Positions 11,259 through 23,018 are shown, counted from the first letter of the stretch. The stretch: 64,000 bases of DNA from Sedimenticola sp. (GCA_027026755.1 JALVNE010000339.1:5553-69552), one strand, 5' to 3'. The notes: generated from the sequence alone by a model not told the origin. Numbers and translations: made by a program.

Positions 11259-12218
11259 TCAGCACCCACATTTCGCTGCCGCTGGCGTGTTCAGCCGCAG
11301 ACTTCCCGTCAGCTGTTCCACGCTGGCCAACCCGTGCCGGTCGAGATAGTCGAGAATGCCCTCGTTTATTCTATTGCATATCAGGGGGTCGTAGAACAGG
11401 GCCGTGCCCACGCCCACGGCGCTGGCGCCGGCAATGAGAAACTCGATGGCATCCTCCGGGCCGTTCACGCCGCCCTGGCCGATGATGGGGATGCCATGCT
11501 CACGCGCGACCTGGTATACCTGGTGCACCTTGAGCAGGGCCACCGGCTTGATGGCGGGGCCGGACAGGCCGCCCTGGTTGTTGCCGATGACCGGAGCGCG
11601 GCTCTCGATATCGATGGCCATGCCCATCAGCGTATTGATTACGGCAAAGGCGTCCGTGCCTGCCTCTATGCAGCGTTTCGCGTTGTAGGCGATGTCCGTC
11701 TGGTTGGGTGACAGCTTGGTGATGAGGGGCTTGTTGGTGACCCGGCGGCAGGTTTCCACCACCCGGGCAGACATCTCCGGGTCATTGCCGAAGGCCACGC
11801 CGCCTTCCTTTACGTTGGGGCAGGAGATGTTGATCTCGATGGCATCGATGGGGGAATCGTCGAACTTGCGCGTGACTTCCTCGTACTCTTCCAGGGTGGA
11901 GCCGGAAACATTGGCGATGAAGCGGGTTTCCTCGAAATCCAGCTTGGGCAGGATGTCGCTGATGACCTTGTCCACCCCCGGGTTCTGCAGCCCGATGGCA
12001 TTGAGCATGCCCCCCGGGGTTTCACAGACCCTGTGCGGCATGTTTCCCGGCCTGGCGCTGCCCGTGGTGCCCTTGAGACAGACGGCTCCCGCATCCCGGT
12101 TGGAGAATCCTTCGATACGGGTGTATTCTTCGCCGAAACCGACGCAGCCGGACAGCAGCACCAGGGGCGTCTGAAACATCATGCCGCAAAAATCCACGGC
12201 CAGTCGGGGGTCGCTCAT
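11259..12218 (-). CDS. pyrD: Dihydroorotate dehydrogenase, class 1 (soluble) catalytic subunit
   Basis: MLNAIGLQNPG, EINISCPNV, KLSPN, GGLSGPAIKP. Confidence 0.9.
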   Translation of the reverse strand: MSDPRLAVDFCGMMFQTPLVLLSGCVGFGEEYTRIEGFSNRDAGAVCLKGTTGSARPGNMPHRVCETPGGMLNAIGLQNPGVDKVISDILPKLDFEETRFIANVSGSTLEEYEEVTRKFDDSPIDAIEINISCPNVKEGGVAFGNDPEMSARVVETCRRVTNKPLITKLSPNQTDIAYNAKRCIEAGTDAFAVINTLMGMAIDIESRAPVIGNNQGGLSGPAIKPVALLKVHQVYQVAREHGIPIIGQGGVNGPEDAIEFLIAGASAVGVGTALFYDPLICNRINEGILDYLDRHGLASVEQLTGSLRLNTPAAAKCGC

Positions 12219-12240
12219 TCGGATCTCCAGGAAGAATCAC

Positions 12241-12711
12241 TTGTTCCACGTTGTATTGTATCAGCCAGAGATACCGCCAAACACGGGAAATATCATTCGC
12301 TTGTGCGCCAATACGGGGTGCAGCCTGCACCTGATACAGCCCCTGGGATTCGAGCTGGACGATGCCCGCCTGAAGCGTGCCGGGCTGGACTATCATGAGT
12401 TCGCCAGCGTTCGGTTACATGCCTCCTGGGACGCTTTGCTGAAAACCCTGGAGCGGCCCCGGGTGGTGGCATTCAGTACCAAGTGTGCCGCTTCCCATGC
12501 GGATTTCAGCTATGCCCCCGGTGACCTGCTGCTGTTTGGTCCGGAAACCCGGGGGTTGCCACAGGATATTCTCCAGTCACTGCCGCCATCGGGTTGCCTG
12601 CGGGTGCCCATGTTGCCCGGCCAGCGCAGCCTGAACCTGTCGAATGCCGTGGCGGTGGTGGTCTATGAAGCCTGGCGGCAGCAGGGCTTTGCCGGGGCGA
12701 AGAAAGACTGA
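12241..12711 (+). CDS. trmL: tRNA (cytidine34-2'-O)-methyltransferase
   Basis: VVLYQPEIPPNTGNIIRLCAN, FGPETRGLP, SLNLSN; TTG start 12241. Confidence 0.93.
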   Translation: MFHVVLYQPEIPPNTGNIIRLCANTGCSLHLIQPLGFELDDARLKRAGLDYHEFASVRLHASWDALLKTLERPRVVAFSTKCAASHADFSYAPGDLLLFGPETRGLPQDILQSLPPSGCLRVPMLPGQRSLNLSNAVAVVVYEAWRQQGFAGAKKD

Positions 12712-12718
12712 GCGGGGC

Positions 12719-13723
12719 TCAGGCCGTTTCCGGTTTCTGCTCCCGGCCCAGCAGCGCCTTCACGGCAGAAGCGGGGTCCATGCCTTCATAGATGATGCGG
12801 TACACGTGCTCAGTAATGGGCATTTCCACGCCAAGGTTCTTTGCCCTGGTGTGGAAGTCCCGGGCGGCGGCCAGGCCCTCCACCTCCTGACCGATACGTT
12901 CGCGTGCCTCCGTTATGCCCAGTCCTTCGGCCAGGGCCAGGCCCATGCGCCGGTTGCGGGACTGGTTGTCCGTGCAGGTCAGAACCAGGTCCCCCAGTCC
13001 GGCCAGGCCCATGAAGGTGTCGTGCTGACCGCCCAGGGCCAGTCCCAGGCGGGTGATCTCCGCCAATCCCCGGGTGATGAGGGCAGCGCGGGCATTGGCG
13101 CCAAAACCCAGGCCGTCGGACATGCCGGCGGCAATGGCCATGACGTTCTTGGCGGCGCCTCCCACCTGCACGCCGATGATGTCGTCCGAGGTATAGGCGC
13201 GGAAGGTATCCCCATGGAGATAGTCCGCCAGGCGGATGGCGTGTTGTGGATTGCTGGAAGCCACGGTGACGGCAGTGGGCAGGCCTTTTGCCACTTCCAT
13301 GGCGAAGGTCGGCCCGGAAATCACCGCCAGATCCGCTTCGGGAAACTGCTCCCGGGCGACCTCGTGCAGCAGGCGCAGGCTGGCGGGCTCCAGCCCCTTG
13401 GTGGCCCAGCTCAGAGAAGTGGGCGTGGGGGAAATCGCGCTGACCTGGCGCAGGACGCTGGCAAAGGCGTGACTGGGCACCACCACCAGGATCTCGTCGG
13501 CGCCTTCCATGCTCCAGGCCAGATCAGAGGTGGATGTCAAATTATTGGGAAAACGAATGCCGGGCAGGAAATGCCGGTTCTCCCTTTCCTCCTGCAGCCG
13601 CGCCGCAGCCTCCGCCTCATGGCCCCAGAGCCGGATCTCGTGACCGTGTCGCGCAAGCAGTACGGCCAGGGCCGTGCCCCATGAGCCCGCCCCCAGCACC
13701 GCGATTCGCGCCCCCAGTGCCAT
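12719..13723 (-). CDS. gpsA: NAD(P)H-dependent glycerol-3-phosphate dehydrogenase
   Basis: GAGSWGTALA, GLGDLVLTCTDNQSRN. Confidence 0.96.
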   Translation of the reverse strand: MALGARIAVLGAGSWGTALAVLLARHGHEIRLWGHEAEAAARLQEERENRHFLPGIRFPNNLTSTSDLAWSMEGADEILVVVPSHAFASVLRQVSAISPTPTSLSWATKGLEPASLRLLHEVAREQFPEADLAVISGPTFAMEVAKGLPTAVTVASSNPQHAIRLADYLHGDTFRAYTSDDIIGVQVGGAAKNVMAIAAGMSDGLGFGANARAALITRGLAEITRLGLALGGQHDTFMGLAGLGDLVLTCTDNQSRNRRMGLALAEGLGITEARERIGQEVEGLAAARDFHTRAKNLGVEMPITEHVYRIIYEGMDPASAVKALLGREQKPETA

Positions 13724-13735
13724 GCTCGGACTTCC

Positions 13736-14191
13736 TCAGTGTTCCGCGGAATCGGCTTCCTGCTTCTGCTGCTGCACTTGCTGGGCGTACAGGGCTTCGA
13801 AGTTCACCGGCGCCAGCAGGAACTGGGGGAAGCTGCCGCGTACGATGAGGTCGGAGATGACTTCACGGACATAGGGAAACAAGGTGTTGGGGCAGAAGAT
13901 GCCCAGCAGGGGGCCCATTTCCTCTTCGGGGAGGCCTTTGACGAGAAAGACACCGGCCTGGGTCACTTCGGCCAGAAAGGCGGTCTTGTCTTCGATCGTG
14001 GCAGTCACGGTCACGGTGAGGGCGACTTCGATGTTGCCTTCGCCCAGATCTTTGATGGCATTGTTCAGATTGACGTTGATCTGGGGCTTCCATTCCTGCA
14101 TGAAGATCTCCGGTGAATTGGGAGTCTCGAAGGAAATATCCTTGGTGTAGATGCGCTGAATGGAGAACTGACGCTGGGTTTCTTCTGTCAT
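13736..14191 (-). CDS. secB: Protein export chaperone SecB
   Basis: IQRIYTKDISFETPNSP, LFPYVRE. Confidence 0.96.
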   Translation of the reverse strand: MTEETQRQFSIQRIYTKDISFETPNSPEIFMQEWKPQINVNLNNAIKDLGEGNIEVALTVTVTATIEDKTAFLAEVTQAGVFLVKGLPEEEMGPLLGIFCPNTLFPYVREVISDLIVRGSFPQFLLAPVNFEALYAQQVQQQKQEADSAEH

Positions 14192-14248
14192 TTTGATCTT
14201 TCCTGAATTGCTGCGTTGTCGATAACTGCCGGGCCTGGAGCCCTGGCC

Positions 14249-14671
14249 TTATTTGCGTTTGATGGGCAGTCCCGCGCTCTGCCAGGCCATCATGCCGCCG
14301 CGCAGATTGTGCACGTCCTTGAAACCGGCCTTCATGAGCATCTTGCAGGCCATGGCGGAACGGGAGCCGGAACGGCAGGCGACGATGATGGGCTTGTCCT
14401 TGTATTTCTCCAGTTGCTGAATCTGCTTGGCAAAGCCGTTCAGCGGAATATTGATGGCATTGACCACATGGCCCTTGTTGAATTCCGCAATGGAACGCAC
14501 GTCCACCATGATACCGTCTTCATGGTTGATGAGGGCGGTGCTCTGCAGGGCGTCCACGGCGGACTTGTTGACGGGGTCGAAGAAGATGTTCCAGATCAGC
14601 GCGCCGGCCAGGGCCACGAAGGTGATGACCAGTAGGGCGTGATTGGAAATGAATTCTGCCAGTTGTTCCAT
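14249..14671 (-). CDS. Membrane-anchored rhodanese-like protein (YibN-type)
   Basis: N-terminal TM; DVR..EFNKGH; active-site loop CRSGSRS. Confidence 0.88.
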   Translation of the reverse strand: MEQLAEFISNHALLVITFVALAGALIWNIFFDPVNKSAVDALQSTALINHEDGIMVDVRSIAEFNKGHVVNAINIPLNGFAKQIQQLEKYKDKPIIVACRSGSRSAMACKMLMKAGFKDVHNLRGGMMAWQSAGLPIKRK

Positions 14672-14776
14672 CCGGGTCTAGGCTCTTGCGGAGAAAGGAG
14701 CGTGATTATAACGCAACTCTCAGGAGAATGAGGATGCTACACCGGAAGGCTGACAGAATCCGTGCCTGAAGCGGCT

Positions 14777-15079
14777 TCAGTGTGCGTGGGTGCAGAACAC
14801 CTCCCGCATCATGGCGATGAGCTGCAGGGTGCGGCTGTCGGCCACCCGGTAGAATACCCGGTTGGCGTCCTTGCGGGCGTCCAGTATGCCTTTTTCCCGA
14901 AGTATGGCCAGGTGCTGGGAGATGTTGCTCTGGGAGGAGCCCACCTTCGAAACGATGTCATGCACGCTGACCTCGTCCTCTCCCAGGGTGCAGAGAATCT
15001 TGAGTCTCAATGGATGAGACATGGCCTTGAGGGCGCGTGATGCGCGTTCGATATCGCTGTCGTCCTGTATCAGCGCCAT
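14777..15079 (-). CDS. ArsR/SmtB regulator, BigR/SqrR/YgaV-like
   Basis: LKAMSHPLRLKILC, SQHLAILR, C-terminal FC. Confidence 0.85.
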   Translation of the reverse strand: MALIQDDSDIERASRALKAMSHPLRLKILCTLGEDEVSVHDIVSKVGSSQSNISQHLAILREKGILDARKDANRVFYRVADSRTLQLIAMMREVFCTHAH

Positions 15080-15336
15080 GCTGTCACCGAATTCCTGGAT
15101 CTTGTTTCTCTGGGAGGAATGCCTGTCTTTCACGAATGGCCTCTCGAGTAATATCAATACATGCTTGATTAAGAAAACAATAATACACTGTATTTGTTCG
15201 AGAAATGCAAGGGAATTTTTCATGGCGGGTTCCGGGAGACGGGATCAGGGACCAGAGAACCAAGTTCGGGGGCGAATTCTGGTAAAATGCCCGCCCATCA
15301 TTGGTTTTTGGCTTACACGCGAACTGGATTTCTGAC

Positions 15337-16911
15337 ATGAACGATACTCCCCGCCCTGTTGTACTCATCATTCTGGACGGCTGGGGATTGCGTGAGGAAG
15401 CGGAAGACAACGCCATTGCGGTGGCCCGCACGCCGGTCTGGGACCGCCTCTGGGCGGAATGTGCCCATACCACCTTGGAGACTTCGGGGTCGGCCGTGGG
15501 CCTGCCCAGCGGACAGATGGGCAACTCGGAAGTGGGGCATCTCAACCTGGGCAGTGGGAGGGTGGTGTACCAGGAATTCACCCGCGTAAGCCGTTCCATT
15601 CGCACGGGTTCCTTCTTCACCAATGCCACCCTGGTAGAGGCTGTGGACATTGCCGTGGACAACGACTCCGCAGTGCACATTCTGGGGCTGCTGTCTCCCG
15701 GCGGGGTTCACAGCCATGAAGAGCACATTCACGCCATGGTGCGCCTGGCGGCTCAGCGGGGGGCGAAGAAGATCTATGTGCATGCCTTTCTGGATGGCAG
15801 GGACATGCCGCCCAAGAGCGCCATGTCTTCCCTCGAGGCCATGGACGAGGTCTTTGCCGAAGTGGGGCATGGACGCATTGCAAGCATCATCGGCCGTTAC
15901 TACGCCATGGATCGTGATCATCGCTGGGAGCGCATCCAGAAAGCCTATGACCTGATTACCCTGGGAGAGGGAAAATACACGGCAGCCAGTGCCGAGCAGG
16001 GCCTGGAAATGGCCTATGAGCGCGGAGAGACGGACGAGTTCGTGGATGCCACAGCGATTGTGCCCGAAGGAGAGGCGGCCGTGCAGGTGCATGATGGGGA
16101 CGTCATCATCAATATGAACTACCGCTCCGACCGCGCCCGGCAGATCACCCGCGCCTTCATCGAGGAAGACTTCGATGCTTTCCAGCGCAAGGTGGTGCCC
16201 AAACTGGGCAGCTTTGTCAGTCTCACTGAATACAATAAAGAGTGGGATATTCCTGTGGCCTTTCCCGCCGAGCGCTTGAAAAACGTGTTTGGCGAATACA
16301 TTTCCCGCCTGGGTCTGCACCAACTGCGCCTGGCGGAAACGGAAAAATACGCCCATGTGACTTTCTTCTTCAATGGTGGCCGGGAGCAGCCTTTCGAGGG
16401 CGAGGATCGTATCCTGGTACCTTCGCCGGACGTGGCCACCTATGATCTGAAACCCGAGATGAGCGCCCCGGAAGTGACGGATCACCTGGTTCGGGCCATC
16501 GAAGACGGCAAGTACGATGCCATCATCGTCAACTATGCCAATGGAGACATGGTGGGGCATACGGGAGTATTCGAAGCTGCCGTGCAGGCAGTGGAAACCC
16601 TGGATGAATGCCTGGGACGGGTGACCCGGGCGCTGCACAAAGTGGGGGGCGCCATGCTCATCACCGCAGATCATGGCAATTGTGAAAAAATGCTCGACGA
16701 GGAAACCGGTCAGCCCTATACCGCCCATACCACCACGCCAGTACCCCTGGTCTATGTCGGCGAGCGCCCGGCGCGGCTCATGAGCGGCGGGTCCCTGTGC
16801 GATGTGGCACCCACCCTGCTTAAGATCATGGGCCTGCCCCTGCCTCCGGAAATGACGGGTCATCCCCTGCTGGAGTACCTGGACGAGGACCAGGAAAAAG
16901 AATCTGCGTGA
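15337..16911 (+). CDS. gpmI: 2,3-BPG-independent phosphoglycerate mutase
   Basis: [25 protein letters not shown]. Confidence 0.96.
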   Translation: MNDTPRPVVLIILDGWGLREEAEDNAIAVARTPVWDRLWAECAHTTLETSGSAVGLPSGQMGNSEVGHLNLGSGRVVYQEFTRVSRSIRTGSFFTNATLVEAVDIAVDNDSAVHILGLLSPGGVHSHEEHIHAMVRLAAQRGAKKIYVHAFLDGRDMPPKSAMSSLEAMDEVFAEVGHGRIASIIGRYYAMDRDHRWERIQKAYDLITLGEGKYTAASAEQGLEMAYERGETDEFVDATAIVPEGEAAVQVHDGDVIINMNYRSDRARQITRAFIEEDFDAFQRKVVPKLGSFVSLTEYNKEWDIPVAFPAERLKNVFGEYISRLGLHQLRLAETEKYAHVTFFFNGGREQPFEGEDRILVPSPDVATYDLKPEMSAPEVTDHLVRAIEDGKYDAIIVNYANGDMVGHTGVFEAAVQAVETLDECLGRVTRALHKVGGAMLITADHGNCEKMLDEETGQPYTAHTTTPVPLVYVGERPARLMSGGSLCDVAPTLLKIMGLPLPPEMTGHPLLEYLDEDQEKESA

Positions 16912-18065
16912 TGGGCTGGCGGGTTGCGGTCGGCTGCCTGTTGTTGATCCTGTCTGCCGGCGCCGCGCCGGAACAGGCGAGCGGGGTAGAAGATGTTCGC
17001 CAGCACCAGGAACAACGTGAACGCCTGCGCCAGCAGATCCGCCGCCTGCAAGCCGACATCCGCCGTGACCAACAGCGCAAGGACAGCCTGACGGCGGAAC
17101 TGGCGGACAGGGAAAGGGAAATCGGTAAGCTGTACCAGCAGCTCAGAGCCCTCGATGAACAGGCCCGGCGGCTGGAGGAGCAGCTTGCCCAGGCGCAGGC
17201 CCGGCGACAGCAGCTCGATGAAAGCATGCGGCAGGATGCGGACCGGCTTGCCCGCCTGTTGCGCTCGGCCTACCTGACCGGTCGTCAGGAGCGTCTCAAG
17301 CTGTTTCTCAACCAGCAGGATCCGGCCGTGCTCAGCCGCATACTTGCCTACCATGACTACATCAGCCGGGCGCGTGCCAGCCAGTTGCGCAAGCTGCGCG
17401 CCGATGCGGACGCACTGCGGCAGCTGACACAGGACATTGCCAGGCAGCAGCAGGAGCTGCAGCAGGCCCGGCTGCGCCAGCAGGAGCATACCCGGGAGCT
17501 GGAGGCCAGACAGCAGGAACGCCGCCGCTTGCTGGCCAAAATCGAAGACAGCCTCTCGGAAAAAGGCCGGAAGCTGGCGCACTGGCAGGAAGACGAACGC
17601 CGCCTCGGTGAGCTGCTGGAGCAGATAGAGTCGGCCCTGCAGAATCTGGATTTCCCCGAACAGAAAGGGTTTCGTGAAAGCCGAGGAAGTCTTCCCTGGC
17701 CCCTGCGCGGCAGGCTGCTGAAGCATTTTGGCGCAGAGAAAATCGGCAACTTGCGCTGGGACGGGGTTATAATCGGCGCCAAGGCAGGCGACAGCGTCCG
17801 GGCGGTTCACGCCGGGCGGGTGGCTTGGGCGGACTGGTTGCGCGGCTATGGTCTGCTGATGATCCTCGAGCACGGTAACGGTTTCATGACTTTGTACGGC
17901 AACAACCAGAGCCTGTTCAAGGAAACCGGCGACTGGGTGGAGCCCGGCGAGGTCATTGCCCAGGCAGGTGACGGACGCATGGATGGGAATGCCGGAATCT
18001 ATTTCGGCATCAGGCACAAGGGCAGGGCCCTCGATCCGGTGCGCTGGTGCCGCAGGCGTAAGTGA
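16908..18065 (+). CDS. envC: Murein hydrolase activator EnvC
   Basis: Signal peptide, long coiled coil, degenerate M23 domain; gpmI-envC-ctpA synteny. Confidence 0.88.
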   Translation: MMGWRVAVGCLLLILSAGAAPEQASGVEDVRQHQEQRERLRQQIRRLQADIRRDQQRKDSLTAELADREREIGKLYQQLRALDEQARRLEEQLAQAQARRQQLDESMRQDADRLARLLRSAYLTGRQERLKLFLNQQDPAVLSRILAYHDYISRARASQLRKLRADADALRQLTQDIARQQQELQQARLRQQEHTRELEARQQERRRLLAKIEDSLSEKGRKLAHWQEDERRLGELLEQIESALQNLDFPEQKGFRESRGSLPWPLRGRLLKHFGAEKIGNLRWDGVIIGAKAGDSVRAVHAGRVAWADWLRGYGLLMILEHGNGFMTLYGNNQSLFKETGDWVEPGEVIAQAGDGRMDGNAGIYFGIRHKGRALDPVRWCRRRK

Positions 18066-18096
18066 GTGGGTTAATTGAGAGACAGGATATGCTGAT

Positions 18097-19398
18097 ATGA
18101 ACAGAGGGGCGTCATGGCTGGTTTTGTGGATGGTTGCGGGCTTGTTGCCCCTGTCTGCGCTGCTGGCCAAGGAACCCCCCGTCGAAGAAAAAGGGCTGCC
18201 CCTGAAGGAGCTGCGTATCTTTGCCGAAATCTTCGGTCGGGTGCAGCAGGATTACGTGGAGCCGGTCACGGATCGTGAACTGCTGGATCACGCCATTCGC
18301 GGCATGCTGGAAGGCCTGGACCCCCATTCCGCCTTCCTGGATGAAAAACATTTCAAGGAACTGCAGGAAGGCACCAGCGGCGAATTCGGCGGCCTCGGGA
18401 TAGAGGTTGGCATGGAAAATGGTTTCATCAAGGTCATTTCCCCCATCGACGACACCCCGGCACAGAAAGCCGGCATCAAGGCCGGTGACCTCATCATCCG
18501 CCTGGATGAAAAACCCGTGCGGGACATGAGCCTGAGCGAGGCCATCAAGATCATGCGGGGCAAGCCCGGCACCTCCATCACCCTCACGGTACAGCGGGAA
18601 GGTGAGCACAAGCCCCTGGTATTCAAGATCGTTCGGGCCGTTATCAAGCAGGGCAGCGTCAAGTCGCGCATGCTGGCGCCCGGCTTTGGTTACGTGCGCC
18701 TGACCCAGTTTCAGGCGCCCACGGCGGAGGACATGCTGGCGGCGATACGCAAGCTGGAGAAAGAGAACGGAGCACCTCTCAAGGGCATGGTGCTGGATCT
18801 GCGCAACAATCCCGGTGGGGTGCTGCAGGGGGCGGTTGCGGTGAGTGATGCCTTTTTGGAAGATGGCCTGGTGGTCTATACCCAGGGGCGCGCGGAAAGT
18901 TCCGCCCTCAAGTTCCATGCCCGCCCCGGGGACGTGCTCAACAGCGCGCCCCTGGTGGTGCTGGTGAACGAGGGGTCGGCCTCGGCGTCAGAGATCGTCG
19001 CCGGCGCCTTGCAGGATCACAAGCGGGCGGTCATCATGGGGCGCACCACCTTCGGCAAGGGTTCGGTGCAGACCATCATTCCCATCAGCAGCAAGATCGC
19101 CATCAAGCTCACCACGGCCAGGTATTACACGCCCAACGGGCGTTCCATCCAGGCGGAAGGCATACAGCCGGATATAGAACTCAGCAAGGTCAAGCTCAAG
19201 GAACTCAAGAAAAGCCTGTTGCAGGTGAAGGAGGCAGACCTGGCGGATCATCTCGCCAATCCCCACAGTGGCGACAAGACCCGCAAGGGGGAGAAGGCAA
19301 ACGATGGGAAAAAGAAAAAGAAGCTCCTGGAGGAGGACTACGAACTGAACGAGGCCCTCAACTTGCTCAAGGGCATCGCTATTTTCAGTAAAAGGTAG
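18097..19398 (+). CDS. ctpA: S41 carboxy-terminal processing protease
   Basis: PDZ (GGLGIEV), LDLRNNPGG, SASASEIVAGALQD, FGKGSVQ. Confidence 0.9.
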   Translation: MNRGASWLVLWMVAGLLPLSALLAKEPPVEEKGLPLKELRIFAEIFGRVQQDYVEPVTDRELLDHAIRGMLEGLDPHSAFLDEKHFKELQEGTSGEFGGLGIEVGMENGFIKVISPIDDTPAQKAGIKAGDLIIRLDEKPVRDMSLSEAIKIMRGKPGTSITLTVQREGEHKPLVFKIVRAVIKQGSVKSRMLAPGFGYVRLTQFQAPTAEDMLAAIRKLEKENGAPLKGMVLDLRNNPGGVLQGAVAVSDAFLEDGLVVYTQGRAESSALKFHARPGDVLNSAPLVVLVNEGSASASEIVAGALQDHKRAVIMGRTTFGKGSVQTIIPISSKIAIKLTTARYYTPNGRSIQAEGIQPDIELSKVKLKELKKSLLQVKEADLADHLANPHSGDKTRKGEKANDGKKKKKLLEEDYELNEALNLLKGIAIFSKR

Positions 19399-19483
19399 AC
19401 GAATTTCCGGTTTTTTCGTCCCGGGAAAGTTAGGCTGGACTGCATGCGGTAAGATTTTGGACAATTCACGGTGAGGAAATGGC

Positions 19484-20035
19484 ATGGCGCGGGTATTGAT
19501 ACCTCTGGCCCAGGGTTGCGAGGAACTTGAAGCGGTAACGGTCATCGATCTGTTGCGGCGAGCCGGTATCGAGGTGGTGACCGCCGGTCTGGAGGATGGC
19601 CCGGTGACCTGCAGCCGCGGAGTGGTACTGGTGCCGGATACCACCCTGGATGCGGTTCTGGGGGACGATTTCGACATGATGGTACTGCCGGGTGGGCTGC
19701 CTGGCGCAGACCATCTGAACCAGGACCCCCGCGTCATCCGCCTTCTCAGGCAGATGGCCGACAGGGGGAAATACACCGCCGCCATTTGCGCGGCACCCAA
19801 GGTACTGGCCAGCGCCGGACTGTTGCAGGGCAGGCAGGCCACTTCGTATCCTGGTGTGCTGGACGCCCTGGACCTTCCTGACACCGCTCGCAAGGATGCC
19901 CCGGTGGTGGTGGACGAGAGGGTGATCACGTCGCGGGGGCCGGGAACAGCCATGGATTTTGCTCTGGAACTGATAGAGAAACTGGCGGGGCGCGAACAGC
20001 GCGATACCGTCGAATCTGCACTTGTGCGGCCGTAG
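19484..20035 (+). CDS. DJ-1/YajL (ThiJ) family deglycase/glyoxalase
   Basis: EELEAV, LPGGLPG, AAICAAP, ITSRGPGTA. Confidence 0.9.
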   Translation: MARVLIPLAQGCEELEAVTVIDLLRRAGIEVVTAGLEDGPVTCSRGVVLVPDTTLDAVLGDDFDMMVLPGGLPGADHLNQDPRVIRLLRQMADRGKYTAAICAAPKVLASAGLLQGRQATSYPGVLDALDLPDTARKDAPVVVDERVITSRGPGTAMDFALELIEKLAGREQRDTVESALVRP

Positions 20036-20060
20036 CCGTACCTAATTAGCTGGGAAGATC

Positions 20061-21458
20061 ATGTTGAGGCGCAGAGGAAACATCTGGGTTTGGATCATCG
20101 GCATCCCCGTCATTCTGGGCGCTGCAGCGCACTGGGGATTTCATTATTTCGTCAAGTCGCGCGTGGATGCCTTTATTCTGGAAGCGGCGCCCCGCGCTGC
20201 CATCAAGTACAAGACGCTGGACACCAGCCTGGCAGGAAAGGTCACCCTGGGCAATGTCAGTATCCTGCCCACGGGTTTCGATGAGGACATTTCCGTGCGC
20301 ATCGTCCAGCTGCAAGGGCCTGATGTCTTTTCCTATCTCCTTGGACGCCTGCCCGTACTGGGGGAGGGAGGCGCCCCCCCCGAGTTCCTGAAAGTCATTA
20401 TGCGGGACATCGTGCTGGACATATCGGGCGACAGGGCGGCCTCGCTGGATGAAAATCTGGCAAAGGCCGATGCCGAGGCGGCGCAGAACCGGGATGTCTG
20501 CAAAGCCGGTGGCAGCGCTTCCTTCAGCCAGTTGCAGGAGCTGGGTGTGGAGCAAGTGCGTGGTGACGGCAAGATGGGTTACCGCCACATTGCCCATACG
20601 CAGAAGCTGTACGTGGATGTGGAGGCTGAGTTCAAGGGAATACGGAAACTGAGCTTGTCCATGGAACTCAACAATGTGCCAGCCCTGGACATGCGCAAGG
20701 CCATGGGCGTCGCCCTGGCAAATCTGAAGCTCGATTACTATGTCGATCCGGAATTCGGCCAGCGGGTTATCGAATACTGTGCTGAGAAGCGGGGCCTTAC
20801 CCCGGAACAATATTCCGAGTTGCTGGCGGACGAAATGATTCGCGAAATGGGCCGCAATGGCATCATCCTGGGTTATGGGCTGAGCTGGGCGCTGAAAAAC
20901 TACCTGAAGCACTGGGGAAACATAATGATCGAACTCAGCCCGCCGCGCCCGGTGGGCATGGCGAGTCTGATGAATTTGTCCAGGGCGGAGCTGTCCGAGA
21001 AGTTGGGGCTGCAGCTCGCCATCAACGGACAGTTGGTGACCGACCTGTACTTCAGCATCCAGGAAAATGCCCCTCTGCTGCGGAAATCGGGGGGCGAAGG
21101 CAAGAAAAAGGCCGTCAAGCCGCTTGTCCGATACAAATGGGAATGGCGCAATGTCTCTTTGGGGCAGCTGTCTTCCTATTTGGATCATCGGGTGCGGGTC
21201 AGTACGGTCAGCGGTGTCCTTCATGAGGGAAAACTGGTGGGAACCAGTGGCAAAAGGATTTCCGTGCAGAAAAACATCAGTGGCGGCAAGTTCATCGCCC
21301 ACCTGGTTGCGAAAAACATACGTTCGGTACAGGTGCGGGTGAAGGTGAAAGTCGAACCCGAAAAGTCAGCGACGGAGGAGGCTGCCGCCAAGCAGGCCGA
21401 TGCCGAGAATGCCCAGTCCGCTACTGAGCAGGGCGAGAGTGCCGGCGGAAACCAGTGA
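20061..21458 (+). CDS. Hypothetical protein with N-terminal TM anchor
   Basis: 465-aa ORF, single N-terminal hydrophobic segment; 3' end overlaps ubiB. Confidence 0.75.
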   Translation: MLRRRGNIWVWIIGIPVILGAAAHWGFHYFVKSRVDAFILEAAPRAAIKYKTLDTSLAGKVTLGNVSILPTGFDEDISVRIVQLQGPDVFSYLLGRLPVLGEGGAPPEFLKVIMRDIVLDISGDRAASLDENLAKADAEAAQNRDVCKAGGSASFSQLQELGVEQVRGDGKMGYRHIAHTQKLYVDVEAEFKGIRKLSLSMELNNVPALDMRKAMGVALANLKLDYYVDPEFGQRVIEYCAEKRGLTPEQYSELLADEMIREMGRNGIILGYGLSWALKNYLKHWGNIMIELSPPRPVGMASLMNLSRAELSEKLGLQLAINGQLVTDLYFSIQENAPLLRKSGGEGKKKAVKPLVRYKWEWRNVSLGQLSSYLDHRVRVSTVSGVLHEGKLVGTSGKRISVQKNISGGKFIAHLVAKNIRSVQVRVKVKVEPEKSATEEAAAKQADAENAQSATEQGESAGGNQ

Positions 21459-23018
21459 GCTGCCCAGGCCGGCGAGAACCGCCGCGCTGACGATGAGGGC
21501 GCTGCCGCCAATGCTCTGCCGGGTGCGGCGCTGTTCCTGTTTCATTTCCCGGCGCAGGGCGCTCAGTTCTTCCGAATGCCAGTTCAGGCGCAGCTTGCCC
21601 TCCTCGGCATTCTTCAGTACCCGGTAGGCCAGGCGGGGAATCTCCGGCAATTGTTCGGAGGCTTCGGGCAGGGATTCTTTCACCCGGCGCAGAAACGCCT
21701 TGGGGCCCACCTGTTCCGACAGCCATTTCTCCATGAAGGGCTTGGCCGTGGCCCACAGGTCCAGTTCCGGGTAGAGCATGCGTCCCAGGCCCTCGATATT
21801 CAGCAGGGTCTTCTGGAGCAGCACCAGCTGGGGCTGCACTTCCATATTGAAGCGCCGGGCCGTCTGGAAAAGGCGCAGCAGGAAATGGCCGAAGGAAATG
21901 TCCGCCAGGGGCTTCTCCCAGATGGGCTCGGAAACCGTGCGTATGGCTGCCTCGAATTCCTCCACCCGGGTGCCTTCGGGCACCCAGCCGGATTCCACGT
22001 GCAGTTCTGCCACCCGGCGGTAGTCCCGATGGAAGAAGGCCAGCAGGTTTTCCGCGAGGTAACGCTGGTCCTCGGTGGTGAGGGTGCCCATGATGCCGAA
22101 GTCCACGCTGATATAGCGACCGCTGGGTTCCACGAAGATGTTGCCCGGGTGCATGTCGGCGTGGAAGAAGTTGTCGCGGAACACCTGGGTGAAGAAGATC
22201 TCCACGCCCCGCTCTCCCAGCAGGGCCATGCTTACGCCCTGGGCCTTGAGCTTGTCCACCTCGTCCACGGGGGTGCCATAGACGCGCTCCATGACCATGA
22301 CATTGCTGCGGCAGTAGTCCCAGTACACTTTGGGAATGTACAGCATCTCGCTGTTCTCGAAATTGCGCCGCAGCTGGGAGGCGTTGGCCGCCTCGCGCAT
22401 CAGGTCCAGTTCGTCGAAGATGGTCTTCTCGTATTCCTCTACCACCTCCACCGGGCGCAGGCGCCGGGCTTCCCTGGAATATTTCTGCGCCAGCTGAGCC
22501 AGGATGTACATGAGGTCCACGTCCTTGCGTATGGCTTTTTCAATGCCCGGGCGCACCACCTTGACGATGACCTCCTCGCCGCTGTGCAGGGTGGCGGCGT
22601 GCACCTGGGCGATGGAGGCGGACGCCATGGGCTGGGTTTCGAAGCGGGCAAAGATATCGTCCACCCCGCCCCCCAGGGCTTTCTCCACGATGGCTCTGGA
22701 CTGTTCGGCGGGAAAGGGTGGCACGTTGTCCTGCAGCTTGACCAGTTCCTCGGCAATGTCGTCCGGGAGCAGGTCGCGGCGGGTGGAAAGAATCTGACCG
22801 AACTTGATATAGATGGGGCCCAGGTCTTCCAGAGTACGCCGGATGCGTACGCCATAGCCGGGGCGCTGGCCTCTTTGCAGCCAGTAGAAGGGCGACAGGT
22901 AGCGGAAGAAACGGATGGGGCGGAACAGATGGGCGGCAAGGATGAACTCATCCAGGCCGTGTTTGGCCAGCACCCAGGCGATATGCACCACGCGCATGCC
23001 CTGGCGCAAAGGGATCAC
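21366..23018 (-). CDS. ubiB: Ubiquinone biosynthesis kinase-like UbiB
   Basis: [28 protein letters not shown]. Confidence 0.95.
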   Translation of the reverse strand: MIPLRQGMRVVHIAWVLAKHGLDEFILAAHLFRPIRFFRYLSPFYWLQRGQRPGYGVRIRRTLEDLGPIYIKFGQILSTRRDLLPDDIAEELVKLQDNVPPFPAEQSRAIVEKALGGGVDDIFARFETQPMASASIAQVHAATLHSGEEVIVKVVRPGIEKAIRKDVDLMYILAQLAQKYSREARRLRPVEVVEEYEKTIFDELDLMREAANASQLRRNFENSEMLYIPKVYWDYCRSNVMVMERVYGTPVDEVDKLKAQGVSMALLGERGVEIFFTQVFRDNFFHADMHPGNIFVEPSGRYISVDFGIMGTLTTEDQRYLAENLLAFFHRDYRRVAELHVESGWVPEGTRVEEFEAAIRTVSEPIWEKPLADISFGHFLLRLFQTARRFNMEVQPQLVLLQKTLLNIEGLGRMLYPELDLWATAKPFMEKWLSEQVGPKAFLRRVKESLPEASEQLPEIPRLAYRVLKNAEEGKLRLNWHSEELSALRREMKQEQRRTRQSIGGSALIVSAAVLAGLGSSLVSAGTLALLSSGLGILGIGLLGGSLLRR

